Below are positions 8,569 to 18,118 of a stretch of 64,000 nucleotides of DNA, one piece after another. The stretch comes from a bacterium. GTDB lineage: Bacteria; Patescibacteriota; Minisyncoccia; Phycocordibacterales; UBA6899. The notes below the pieces were generated by a model. It saw only the letters and a list, made by a program, of their open reading frames with translations. It was not told where the DNA came from and made no database searches. The stretch covers positions 101,467 to 165,466 of the forward strand of contig JAYUQG010000019.1 in assembly GCA_043756865.1 (NCBI GenBank), given 5' to 3'. The position numbers and the translations under genes were made by a program. Numbering within the stretch: position 1 is the first letter of the stretch; every line of letters starts with the position of its first letter.

Positions 8569-9072
8569 ATGTCAAAAAAATCACACCATGAACACGCTGC
8601 TAGGCAAAAGAAGCGTGTGATAAAAGCGAGCGCAAGTTGGGTTATAGGTGTCGCAATTGTCGCAGCTATAGTGTACTTCGTGGCCACCGCGCCTAAGGTA
8701 CCTGCAAGCGAATACCTTTCCACCACAGGATTGCACTATCATCCGCACCTCGTCATAACCGTCAATGGAGAAAACGTACCCATCCCAGCAAACATTGGGC
8801 TTGCGGGCACAGTACACAATCCCATTCACACCCACGAAACAGACAATATTGTTCATCTGGAGTTCGAAGGAAAGGTAAAGAAATCTGACACCGACCTTGG
8901 AGAGTTTTTTGCACTCTGGGGAAAGGAGTGGACAGCGACGTCATTTATGGGACTCCCCATCGATGCGACACACACACTCACGATGAAAGTTGACGGCGTT
9001 GAATCGACCGAATACGGTAATCTGTTCATGAAGGACAAGCAGGAGATAGAGCTTATCTATCAAACACTCTAA
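8569..9072 (+). CDS. Membrane-anchored protein with His-cluster (putative metal binding)
   Basis: HYHPHL...IPANIG...PIHTHE...VHLE pattern; ATG is 7 nt after TAGAAT (8556-8561). Confidence 0.75.
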   Translation: MSKKSHHEHAARQKKRVIKASASWVIGVAIVAAIVYFVATAPKVPASEYLSTTGLHYHPHLVITVNGENVPIPANIGLAGTVHNPIHTHETDNIVHLEFEGKVKKSDTDLGEFFALWGKEWTATSFMGLPIDATHTLTMKVDGVESTEYGNLFMKDKQEIELIYQTL

Positions 9073-9099
9073 ATAGCCTATCCAATTTCCGTATACAAA

Positions 9100-9123
9100 A
9101 AAGAGCCGAATGTTCGGCTCTTT
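9100..9123. terminator. Bidirectional terminator
   Basis: aaagagccgaa-tg-ttcggctcttt between convergent genes. Confidence 0.8.
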
Positions 9124-9127
9124 GTGT

Positions 9128-10627
9128 TTAGAGTACCTTGACCGCGTACTCCGCGAGCGGGGAACGCTCAACGCGGGAGAGGGTTACATGACCGAAGTGT
9201 GACCAGCCTGAATCGCCCTTGAATCGGTCGACCAAATACGCCAATCCAGACGAAGTTTCCGTGAGATACGGGGTGTCAATCTGCCCAAGGTTTCCGAGAC
9301 AGATAATCTTCGTTCCGGGTCCCGCACGGGTCACCAATGTCTTCATCTGCTTTGGCGTCAGATTTTGCGCCTCGTCGATGATAACGAACTTGCGCAGGAA
9401 CGTACGTCCACGCCAGAAGTTCATCGCCTTGATGGAAATTTCTTTTCTCAGTTTTGACACAAGGAAAAGATTGCTGACTTCGTCTGTGGTGTTAGCACCG
9501 CCGAACTTGTTCTTCAGGCGCTTGGCCGGATCATTTTCTGTGCCCAGTGCCTCCGCAATCACCTCGAGGTTATCGTCGAGTGCACCCATCCATGCACCAA
9601 TCTTGTCTTCTTCCGTCCCAGGAAGATAGCCAATATCTTCACCGACTGGAATTGGCGCGCGAGTCATGATGATTCCGGTGTACATACCCGCACCTTTGAG
9701 GGCGAGCGCAGCCGCGATGGTGAGCAACGTCTTGCCTGTACCTGCACCGCCAAGAATGCTGACGAGGTGGATGTTCTCGTCCATCAAGAGATTCATCAGA
9801 AACAGTTGCTCAAGGTTTCGGGTGTTGATGCCGGAAACGATTTGCCGCTCGTAATTCATACAATGCTTAAAGGCAATTTTGCCGTCAGCCAAGCCGACCA
9901 CAATAGACGGACTAGGCCCCACACCATTTGCAGTGATGAGCTGGTTCAAGAAGAGCGGTGTATTACGTGGTTGTGCAATTTCGTAGCGCGCAGAGTTGAC
10001 TTCGCCGTGAGGCGGTTGCACTTGCGACAAGCTTGCCCACGCCGACGCAGGGAGTTCGGTCATACCCGTGTAGATTCCCTTGTCGGAATCAGTCTCCACC
10101 AAATCATTGGTGTAGTCTTCCGCATTGAGCCCGCGAGAGCGCGCTTTGATACGTACGTTGATGTCCTTGGTCACCAAGATCACTTCAACGTAGCGATCGT
10201 TCCGCTTCTCTTTGAGCATCCGCGCGGCGGCAATGATGTGATTGTCGGGAACCGACCGTTCGTATTCCGACAGGCGTGTCGCCGCCTCAAAGACTTCTTG
10301 CTCGGTCTGAATAAAAAGTCGGCCCATACCTTTGACGCCACCGGCGGCATGTTCGAGCGGAAGTCCTTGTTCCAGCTTCCAGTTTGCATGCTTCTTTTCC
10401 ATGAACTGAATCAACGCCTCGATAAACCGCGTGGTTTCTCGGGAATTCCGAGCGACGTCGGTCGAACCCTTCTTGTTGTTGTCGAGTTCTTCGAGTACGG
10501 TCGACGGAATGAAGATGTCGTGCTCTTTGAATCGCAGAAGGGAGGTCGGGTCGTGCATCAGCACGTTGGTGTCAAATACGAACATCTTGAGCGTGTTCCG
10601 CGCCTTGGCGGCGGGTTCTTTTTTCAT
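9128..10627 (-). CDS. PhoH2-type PIN + PhoH ATPase
   Basis: PIN motifs FDTNVLMHDP, EELD, DNHI, TKDINVRIKA; Walker A GGAGTGKT; RGRTF, IIDEAQN, QIDTPY; SD gaggtg before ATG 10627. Confidence 0.93.
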   Translation of the reverse strand: MKKEPAAKARNTLKMFVFDTNVLMHDPTSLLRFKEHDIFIPSTVLEELDNNKKGSTDVARNSRETTRFIEALIQFMEKKHANWKLEQGLPLEHAAGGVKGMGRLFIQTEQEVFEAATRLSEYERSVPDNHIIAAARMLKEKRNDRYVEVILVTKDINVRIKARSRGLNAEDYTNDLVETDSDKGIYTGMTELPASAWASLSQVQPPHGEVNSARYEIAQPRNTPLFLNQLITANGVGPSPSIVVGLADGKIAFKHCMNYERQIVSGINTRNLEQLFLMNLLMDENIHLVSILGGAGTGKTLLTIAAALALKGAGMYTGIIMTRAPIPVGEDIGYLPGTEEDKIGAWMGALDDNLEVIAEALGTENDPAKRLKNKFGGANTTDEVSNLFLVSKLRKEISIKAMNFWRGRTFLRKFVIIDEAQNLTPKQMKTLVTRAGPGTKIICLGNLGQIDTPYLTETSSGLAYLVDRFKGDSGWSHFGHVTLSRVERSPLAEYAVKVL

Positions 10628-10729
10628 TCGATGCACCTCTGGGTTGAGTTAAGGAACTCCTGTCATTAAACTACAACTGTTTCTAGTTTGCGCAAGGGAA
10701 AGCTGTGTTACAATAAAGCTTGCACGAAT

Positions 10730-12544
10730 ATGGAGCAAGAACCACTACAAGCAGGGAAGAGGATTCTCAAAGAAGCGGGGATACCCCACGGCGGTAAAGT
10801 ATTTCTTTTATTGCTTCCGACCATGCTTATCGCCGGAGCAATTGGCTTGGGATGGCTCGCATACTGGCTTCCGCAAACGACATACGCAGCATATACCTAT
10901 CAGGTAATTGCCGGACTTGGACTTATCGAGGCGATTATTATATCTGCAATGCTTTTTGTTATCCTTCCGGGGTATCTCCGTTTTACTGACAGTGCTAGTG
11001 AGGCCGTTAATACTACCGCCTCGAAAGGCGAGCGTTATGTCGCCGCACTTGTAGGCTCGGGGCTCGGTTTTTGGGAATACGATATAGCCAAAAGTGAAGT
11101 CTTTTTTTCAGGGAGTATGTGTGCGATGCTTGGCTATGCAGATCACGACAAAGTGAGCCCAATGAGTTTCTGGTGGGATTCCGTACATCCCGAAGACCGC
11201 GAGGGAATGAGGCGGAGCATGGAATACAGCATGGAGAAACGCACACCTGACTACTCCATCGAATACCGCATAAAAAAGTTTAATGGTGAATACATGTGGG
11301 TTGCCGATAAAGGAAAAGTGGTGGTTGACCACACAGGAACTGCAGTACAACTTGCGGGTGTTACACAGGATGTTTCTAATATCAAACGCGTGCAAGAGGT
11401 ACTCGAAAGTCGTACGCTCGAGCTAGAAGATGCCACGAACAAAATTGAGCAGGAAATTCAGAATGTGCGTAAATTCCAAAAAGCCGTTGATTCGTCCACG
11501 GAGGCTGTTTCGATTACCACCCCTGACGGCGCCATCGTGTACGTCAACCCTGCATGGTCAGTACTCAATGGATACACTGAAGCTGAGGCTCTTGGTAGAA
11601 ACCCGAAGTTACTCAAAAGCGGGGAATCGAAGCCCGAAACGTTCATCGCCATGTGGGAGAAGATTGTCGCAGGGGTTCCATTTCGCACCGAGGACGTATT
11701 CAATCGTCGCAAAGATGCTTCGACCTACCAAGGTGAACTCTCAATTTTCCCCATCCGAGAGGGGAACCAGACACTTTTCTACGTGTCGCTCTGCCAAGAC
11801 ATCACCTTGCGCAAGGAGGTTGATCGCGCGAAGACCGAATTTGTTTCACTGGCATCACATCAATTACGCACACCACTTTCCGCAATTCGCTGGTACTCGG
11901 AGATGCTACTTTCCAAATATGTGGGTGAACTTAACGACAAACAGCGTCAATATGTAAAGGAGATTTATGCAGGAAATCTACGTATGGTTGAGCTCGTCAA
12001 CGCACTATTAAATGTTTCCCGTATCGACCTTGGCACCTTTGCGGTTGAACCAGAGCCGGTTGATTTGGTTGAAATTTGCGAAAGTGTGCTTTCCGAACTC
12101 GCACCGCAAATTATCGAAAAGAAGCAGACTGTCGACAAGATATTCAACAGCGCACCAAAAACATACAGTGCGGATCAAAAACTTATTCGTATTGTATTCC
12201 AGAACTTCCTTTCAAACTCGGTAAAATATACGCAACCAGAAGGCCATATCACCGTAGAAATCAGTACACGCGATAACAACCTCTACATTCGTGTCTCAGA
12301 CAACGGGTACGGTATACCAAAGAGTCAACACGGCAAAATCTTTGAGAAGCTCTTCCGTGCCGACAACGTACGCCAAAAGGATACCGAAGGTACAGGACTC
12401 GGTATATATATCGTAAAAGCCATTGTGGAGTCCTCTGGAGGCAAGATTTGGTTCGAATCCGAGGAGAACCAAGGGACAACATTCCACGTATTGATGCCTC
12501 TATCAGGTATGCCAAAGAAATCAGGGGTAAAGGGCTTGGCATAG
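10730..12544 (+). CDS. Sensor histidine kinase (2 TM, PAS, PAS, HisKA, HATPase)
   Basis: ASHQLRTPL H-box, NFLSNSVKY, DNGYGI, GTGLG. Confidence 0.93.
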   Translation: MEQEPLQAGKRILKEAGIPHGGKVFLLLLPTMLIAGAIGLGWLAYWLPQTTYAAYTYQVIAGLGLIEAIIISAMLFVILPGYLRFTDSASEAVNTTASKGERYVAALVGSGLGFWEYDIAKSEVFFSGSMCAMLGYADHDKVSPMSFWWDSVHPEDREGMRRSMEYSMEKRTPDYSIEYRIKKFNGEYMWVADKGKVVVDHTGTAVQLAGVTQDVSNIKRVQEVLESRTLELEDATNKIEQEIQNVRKFQKAVDSSTEAVSITTPDGAIVYVNPAWSVLNGYTEAEALGRNPKLLKSGESKPETFIAMWEKIVAGVPFRTEDVFNRRKDASTYQGELSIFPIREGNQTLFYVSLCQDITLRKEVDRAKTEFVSLASHQLRTPLSAIRWYSEMLLSKYVGELNDKQRQYVKEIYAGNLRMVELVNALLNVSRIDLGTFAVEPEPVDLVEICESVLSELAPQIIEKKQTVDKIFNSAPKTYSADQKLIRIVFQNFLSNSVKYTQPEGHITVEISTRDNNLYIRVSDNGYGIPKSQHGKIFEKLFRADNVRQKDTEGTGLGIYIVKAIVESSGGKIWFESEENQGTTFHVLMPLSGMPKKSGVKGLA

Positions 12545-12603
12545 ATGCTAATTCTGACTTATCCCTATTCTCAGTCCTTAAAAGGTGTTACGATAATAAT
12601 TAC

Positions 12604-13008
12604 ATGGAAGACAAGAAACAGCGCACAATATTGGTACTTGAGGATGAACGGCAGCTCGCAAAGGCAGTACGGGAGGCCTTTATTGAACGGGGCTTTGACC
12701 CCATCGTTGTTTCCACTGTGGATGACGGCATCAAACAGCTGGAAAACTTAAAGACTGTAGACGTAATCTGGCTCGACCACTACCTACTAGGTACGGGCAA
12801 TGGGCTCGATTTTGTTGTACAATTAAAGAATCACGCTGAATGGAAAAACATTCCTATTTTTGTGGTTTCCAATACCGCTTCAACGACAAACATCCGCTCC
12901 TATATCCAGCTTGGCGTTTCAAACTATTACACCAAAGCTGACTACGATATCACCCAAATTATTAACGACATTGAGTACGCGCTCACACAGCAGAAACAAA
13001 ACAACTAA
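12604..13008 (+). CDS. Stand-alone response regulator receiver
   Basis: ILVLEDE, IWLDH, VVSN, TK; start moved to ATG 12604 to remove the overlap with the kinase. Confidence 0.88.
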   Translation: MEDKKQRTILVLEDERQLAKAVREAFIERGFDPIVVSTVDDGIKQLENLKTVDVIWLDHYLLGTGNGLDFVVQLKNHAEWKNIPIFVVSNTASTTNIRSYIQLGVSNYYTKADYDITQIINDIEYALTQQKQNN

Positions 13009-13014
13009 AACACC

Positions 13015-13404
13015 ATGCCCGGAACGATTGACAAAAAAATACTGATAGTTGAAGACGAAACACCGTTGCGCAATGCGGTCTCTGATATTCTTACCTTTGA
13101 GGGATTTACTGTATTTCAGGCAAAGAATGGTCAGGAAGGACTCGATATCTCACTCAAGGAACATCCCGACCTCATTCTCCTCGACCTCATGATGCCCGTC
13201 ATGGATGGCCTCACCATGCTCGAGAAACTCCGCCAAGACCAAGACTTCGGCAAAAGCGCTGCGGTCATACTCCTCACTAATATCAATGATCCTGAGAAAG
13301 TTGCTCAGGCCACCGAAGCAGGTTCGTATGACTTTCTTGTGAAGTCGGACTGGAACATTGAGGATGTAGTGAAGAAAATCAAAGGCAGGCTCGCAATCGA
13401 ATAG
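13015..13404 (+). CDS. Stand-alone response regulator receiver
   Basis: ILIVEDE, PDLILLDLMMPVMDG, LLTN, VKS. Confidence 0.93.
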   Translation: MPGTIDKKILIVEDETPLRNAVSDILTFEGFTVFQAKNGQEGLDISLKEHPDLILLDLMMPVMDGLTMLEKLRQDQDFGKSAAVILLTNINDPEKVAQATEAGSYDFLVKSDWNIEDVVKKIKGRLAIE

Positions 13405-13425
13405 CTAAAAATACGGCCTTAAACG

Positions 13426-13459
13426 AAAATTTTCCAAAGAGTCCCTTTGGGAATTTTTT
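13426..13459 (+). terminator. Intrinsic terminator
   Basis: aaaattttccaaag-agtcc-ctttgggaatttttt. Confidence 0.65.
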
Positions 13460-13537
13460 GTATCAGAATCATATTTGACACTATGTCTTATGATTAGTAA
13501 TTTGATATCCAGAGATACTGACACAAAAGGAGTGACC

Positions 13538-14173
13538 ATGCGCATCATCGGTGCCGTTCACATGCTTGGAGAAGGCTCGCTCGGAGTGCTCGCTTCCGAG
13601 TATGCAAATACAGACAACTTAACGTTGGTAATATTTTGTCCGACCAACCTCTCCCCAAGCAAAGAGGTGTCACTCTTGTTTGGTCGCGAAACAATCGAAG
13701 CGTTCTTTCAAAAAGCTACTTGGGTGAGGCCAATCACGCAAAGCGATGCAATGACGCTTCGCGTACTTGCACTTGATGAAGCAACACGGAAGGTTTATTT
13801 GACTACCAAAGAAATGCCGCATGAATTGCGCCAGCAGCAGCACCGCATGATTTCACCAAGTGAAATACCGCGCGGTGCAGTACTCTCTCCGTGGGCAGAC
13901 CACTATGCACACTTTGCCCACGTCGCAAGCCGCATGGTCGGCAGTGGCGGAATCGCACCCTCCGCAAATCACGCAACTCTTACGCTTCCCGTGGACCCAA
14001 AAACTGACTTAGTAGCGTTGCTCATGCGATTCGGCTTTAACGACGGACTGAGAGATATGCTCATTCAGGGTACTGCGCAAGCAGACCCACTAGTTGCACG
14101 ACAGCAGTTCGAGAAGATGTTTGAACTTCGCAGACGAGTAAATCGTATCAACTGGAACAAGCAAACTGCCTGA
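13538..14173 (+). CDS. Hypothetical protein
   Basis: ORF with SD aaggag, TTGACA at 13475 and its own terminator; no recognised motif. Confidence 0.65.
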   Translation: MRIIGAVHMLGEGSLGVLASEYANTDNLTLVIFCPTNLSPSKEVSLLFGRETIEAFFQKATWVRPITQSDAMTLRVLALDEATRKVYLTTKEMPHELRQQQHRMISPSEIPRGAVLSPWADHYAHFAHVASRMVGSGGIAPSANHATLTLPVDPKTDLVALLMRFGFNDGLRDMLIQGTAQADPLVARQQFEKMFELRRRVNRINWNKQTA

Positions 14174-14188
14174 CGTAAACCCAGTCTC

Positions 14189-14215
14189 CCACCTACCTCG
14201 CGTAGGTGGTTTTTT
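14189..14215 (+). terminator. Intrinsic terminator
   Basis: ccacctac-ctcgc-gtaggtgg-tttttt. Confidence 0.8.
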
Positions 14216-14251
14216 CATTCCCTCTAATTTGTAATGAAAATAACACGCTTT

Positions 14252-14328
14252 TGCCTTACTACTTTCTAGTTGTGACTCTTGCCTTGTGACTAGTTACTTC
14301 CTGCTTGTTTCTTGTCTCTTGTTACTTT
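14252..14328. repeat. Degenerate 7-nt periodic tract (11 units)
   Basis: tgcctta ctacttt ctagttg tgactct tgccttg tgactag ttacttc ctgcttg tttcttg tctcttg ttacttt; CT at positions 4-5 in 10 of 11 units. Confidence 0.7.
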
Positions 14329-14342
14329 ATACTGTTTTCACT

Positions 14343-14573
14343 ATGTTTAAAGAATTTCTTATACGCAAACTTATTGCGTCCAAATTAAAAGACCTACCCA
14401 AAGATCAGCAGGAAAAGATTATTGCTGTCGTCACAAAGCACCCCAAGTTGTTCGAGGAGATAGCAATGAAAATCAAGAAACGCACCGACGCTGGGGCCGA
14501 GCAGATGGCTGCCACCATGACGGTTATGAAAGAGTACCAACCCCAGATTCAGAAGCTCATGAGCGAGGACTAA
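14343..14573 (+). CDS. Small helical hypothetical protein
   Basis: 76-aa ORF starting 9 nt after TATACT (14328-14333), followed by a hairpin. Confidence 0.75.
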   Translation: MFKEFLIRKLIASKLKDLPKDQQEKIIAVVTKHPKLFEEIAMKIKKRTDAGAEQMAATMTVMKEYQPQIQKLMSED

Positions 14574-14585
14574 ATTTTCCAAGTA

Positions 14586-14611
14586 TATAAGACCCCGAGA
14601 GGGGTCTTATA
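14586..14611. terminator. Hairpin / putative terminator
   Basis: tataagacccc-gaga-ggggtcttata. Confidence 0.55.
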
Positions 14612-14624
14612 ATATAGAACCAAA

Positions 14625-14891
14625 ATGAATAAATACGCCCGACAACCAGACGCAGTCATTGACTTGCATGGACACACCACAAATGAAGCTGGTACAATTC
14701 TTGACACACTGTTTTCGGAAGCACATACACACGTACGTATTATTGTTGGAAAAGGAAACCGCAGTAAAGATGGTCCCATTTTGCCTAATTTTGTTAAGCA
14801 TTATCTGAATTCGCGAGATATAGACTTTAGCCAATCAAAACTTATGGATGGAGGCGAGGGGGCCCTAGAGGCATACCCATCAACACCGTAA
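14625..14891 (+). CDS. Stand-alone Smr (MutS2 C-terminal) domain protein
   Basis: IDLHGHT, IIVGKGNRS, GGEGA motifs. Confidence 0.9.
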   Translation: MNKYARQPDAVIDLHGHTTNEAGTILDTLFSEAHTHVRIIVGKGNRSKDGPILPNFVKHYLNSRDIDFSQSKLMDGGEGALEAYPSTP

Positions 14892-14927
14892 TTAAATAGT
14901 GCAAATCATGCGTGCAGGAGCACCGAT

Positions 14928-17432
14928 CTACATACCGTCCTTTCGCAACAGTGCCGCTGGGGATAGCGTCGTGAATCTTCGAGCAAAAAAGAAAGCGGTC
15001 AAAAGTGTAAATGCGAGTACCACAAGAAAAAGATATATATTTTCACCTGCAAAGTAAAAACCCGTAAAGTCAAACACGTAATAATTCAGCGCATATATTC
15101 CAATATGTGATATGAGTACAGCAAATAACCCAGAAATTACCACTACTGCACTTGATTCAATCAAGAAAAGCTTAAACAATAGCCGCATGCGAGCACCATG
15201 TGCGGTGAAAACGAGCATATCGTTCGCGCGTTCTCTCGCCGAAATTGCAAGCATTGCAATAATAAGCATAAGCCCAAGAAACAGTGCCGGTATTGCTGTA
15301 GCAACTACCGCCGCAGACAATGCAGCAACAATCTTTCGTGCCGCATCAATAATCTGTGTTGTCGGAATCGACGTAATATTGGGGTAGGTAATTGCAAGTG
15401 TATTTTGCAAAACAGGAATTTTATCACTCGGTACGTAGGCGTAACCAAAGCTTGTGCGCGGAATTTGCTCAAGTAGATCTGGACTGAAAACTAAGTAAAA
15501 AAATGGGAGACCATTGGTGGCAATGACCTCTCGAATCGAAGTCACTTTTGCTTCTATGGTGTACCCCGAAATAGTAAACTCGACAATGCTTCCCAGCTTG
15601 AGCTTTGCACGCTCGGCAAAACTTTTTTCAACTGAAACTTCTTTGGTGTGTTCAGCTCCATGCCAAACTCCCGCTATCAGCTTTTCGCCGTCGATGAGCA
15701 CTGCGGACGAAGTTATATTGAATTCGCGTCGCATTTCTTCATCCTCCGTACTCAGATTTTCCTGAATATTATACCCATCACGGGTAGTGAAGCGCGCACG
15801 CGCTGTGGAAAATTCCTTCCACGTTGTTCCCATGATACTTTTTACACCCTCAAGTTGGTCTTGTTGGACATCAATCAAGTAAATATTGGGTGCATCTGCC
15901 TTAAACTCTATGTTAAGGTTTCCAAGCATGTTCTTTTCAAGCAAAGCTATTGCAAACACGCTTGCGAGTGCCACGGTGAGTGAGGCGATTGCTGTTGTGC
16001 CAATCAAGCCCTGATGCTTTAGAAAATTCATGATACATCTCTGTGGAAATGAGAGTGAGAATCGCACGCGGTGACCGAACAATATCACGCCTCGAGATAT
16101 AAGAAATAGAACTACAAATACTCCGGTAATACTGCCGACTGCAATCAGTGCGACGTGGGCAGTTTCAGTTAAGTAGTATACAACCGCATAGAATCCGGCG
16201 AGAGTGAAAAGGAGCATGGGTAATTCCTTTGCCAATAGCACAAATCCTCCATGCTCCGAGCCATATCCATGTAACAGCATTTTTGGCTCTATCGCGAGTA
16301 CTCGCGTAAGAAATCCAAGTGCTGAGAAAAGGCAGAGGAGAAATGTAAACAGCGTAACAACAAAGACATTTTCATAAAGTGCCACCGAAGGAAGGGCACT
16401 TCCCACAAATTTTTCTGCGTATGGAAGCGCAGCATTGGCAAGTAAATTTCCTAGCATTGCTCCTACTGCGCTCGCTACGACAGCAAGAGTACTCAGTAGT
16501 GAAACAAAGAGTAGAAGAAGCTGACCTCTTGGCATACCTAAAGAGCGAATAATAGCAATCGTCTTTTGAAATGCAGCGATGAAATAGGTGAGGTTGAGTC
16601 GGATATTTACTACCACCAAAAATAGTGCGAGCACTATCATGGAGAAGAAAAAACGCTCAGCTGAGTCCAGAATGCGCAACAGTGATGTCGGTCCGTCTGC
16701 TGCTACTGAGATGCGATACTTCGGTCTTTCAAATTCGCGTTTGAGGTCTTGGGTTGCGAGCGTCCCATCGCTTGCGGTAAATGTATCAGGATACCGAATA
16801 GAAAGCATGTAGTCGGCGCGACTTTGTTTTCCATCAAGTCCTGTCCGTGCCCATCCGGCCTGAGAAATTATAAGCAAAGGTCCAAGTCGAAAGCTTCCGC
16901 CGATGCGGTCTGGTTCACTGGTGACGACATTTTGTATGAGAAACTGCTCACTTCCTATTGTGAGTTTTTCTCCAATTGCGAGATTCATGCGAACAAGCAT
17001 ATCTTCCGCAATAAATACCTCATTTTCGTTTGGGACGCTTGGGCCAGTTTCCCTGAGACCGAGTGCGCCATACAGTGGATACTGTGCATCTACCACCTTT
17101 ACTGTTACAAGCAGGCTTGAAAGGGCAGTTGTGATTTGCGGTTTGCTCGACTGCACAACAACCAGTGTGTCAGTGCGCCATGAAAGGGTTGCACCGCGTT
17201 CACGCAAAAGATTGAGTGCTGGTTGTGCGCTATCGACTGCGGTATTACTTTCGATTGTCACATCTCCGCCCAGTAGCGTACGCGACTCAGAAATGAAAAA
17301 ACGTTGCACACTGCCAATCAATCCGAGTACTGCAGCAAGAGTGAGCGCACCGAGAATGAGGCTGAAAAATGCCAGATACAAGCGTACCCCGCTCCGCCTC
17401 ATAATTCGCGGAAGAAGTGTGGTGATAATCAT
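14928..17432 (-). CDS. ABC transporter permease, YbbP-like (duplicated FtsX/MacB)
   Basis: LLGGDV, KVVDAQYPLYG, EPDR, APNIYLIDVQ, REFNIT motifs; many TM segments. Confidence 0.88.
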   Translation of the reverse strand: MIITTLLPRIMRRSGVRLYLAFFSLILGALTLAAVLGLIGSVQRFFISESRTLLGGDVTIESNTAVDSAQPALNLLRERGATLSWRTDTLVVVQSSKPQITTALSSLLVTVKVVDAQYPLYGALGLRETGPSVPNENEVFIAEDMLVRMNLAIGEKLTIGSEQFLIQNVVTSEPDRIGGSFRLGPLLIISQAGWARTGLDGKQSRADYMLSIRYPDTFTASDGTLATQDLKREFERPKYRISVAADGPTSLLRILDSAERFFFSMIVLALFLVVVNIRLNLTYFIAAFQKTIAIIRSLGMPRGQLLLLFVSLLSTLAVVASAVGAMLGNLLANAALPYAEKFVGSALPSVALYENVFVVTLFTFLLCLFSALGFLTRVLAIEPKMLLHGYGSEHGGFVLLAKELPMLLFTLAGFYAVVYYLTETAHVALIAVGSITGVFVVLFLISRGVILFGHRVRFSLSFPQRCIMNFLKHQGLIGTTAIASLTVALASVFAIALLEKNMLGNLNIEFKADAPNIYLIDVQQDQLEGVKSIMGTTWKEFSTARARFTTRDGYNIQENLSTEDEEMRREFNITSSAVLIDGEKLIAGVWHGAEHTKEVSVEKSFAERAKLKLGSIVEFTISGYTIEAKVTSIREVIATNGLPFFYLVFSPDLLEQIPRTSFGYAYVPSDKIPVLQNTLAITYPNITSIPTTQIIDAARKIVAALSAAVVATAIPALFLGLMLIIAMLAISARERANDMLVFTAHGARMRLLFKLFLIESSAVVVISGLFAVLISHIGIYALNYYVFDFTGFYFAGENIYLFLVVLAFTLLTAFFFARRFTTLSPAALLRKDGM

Positions 17433-18094
17433 AAGGAAATCTCGGACACTGCGCCTTCGTTAATCAAAAGTGTCCGATCCATGAGTCTTGCTATTTCTTT
17501 GTCATGAGTAATGATCACCAGTGTGCGCGTCTTACCACTTGCAGCATCTTTGATTAGCTTGAGCACTTGCGCCCCCGTTGTGGGGTCGAGGTTTCCCGTT
17601 GGTTCATCCGCAAACAAAATTTTAGGGTCTTGTGCCAATGCTCGAGCGATGGCGACACGCTGCTCTTCTCCACCTGAGAGCATGGACGGGAGATGCGCTC
17701 CTCGGTGCGAAAGACCAACTTGAGAAAGTGCAGTAGCAGCAATTGCTCTTCCATCTTTCTGTGCAATATCGAGAGGTAACATGACGTTTTCAAGGGCAGT
17801 AAAAGAAGGGACCAGTTCAAATGACTGAAAAATTATTCCAATTTCTGTGTTGCGCAAGTGAGAAAGCTCAACCTCAGAAAGCTGTGAAATATCTTTTCCA
17901 TTAATTGCAATCACCCCTTGGTCTGCGGAGTCCATGCCAGACATGAGCGCGAGCAGTGTAGATTTCCCAGAACCTGACGGGCCAATAATTGCGACGTGCT
18001 CGCCATCAGCAATTTTGAGACTAATATCATGCAGTACGGGAATTATCGTACCTCCTTGGGTGTATGACTTTGAGACATGAGTAAGTTCGATCAT
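17429..18094 (-). CDS. ABC transporter ATP-binding protein, YbbA/LolD-like
   Basis: [30 protein letters not shown]; start ATG 18094. Confidence 0.93.
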   Translation of the reverse strand: MIELTHVSKSYTQGGTIIPVLHDISLKIADGEHVAIIGPSGSGKSTLLALMSGMDSADQGVIAINGKDISQLSEVELSHLRNTEIGIIFQSFELVPSFTALENVMLPLDIAQKDGRAIAATALSQVGLSHRGAHLPSMLSGGEEQRVAIARALAQDPKILFADEPTGNLDPTTGAQVLKLIKDAASGKTRTLVIITHDKEIARLMDRTLLINEGAVSEISL

Positions 18095-18118
18095 AGAACC
18101 CCATGGTATCATCTGAGC

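Noticed and set aside
9767-10669. 300-aa plus-strand ORF
   Set aside because: Antisense to PhoH2 with no motifs
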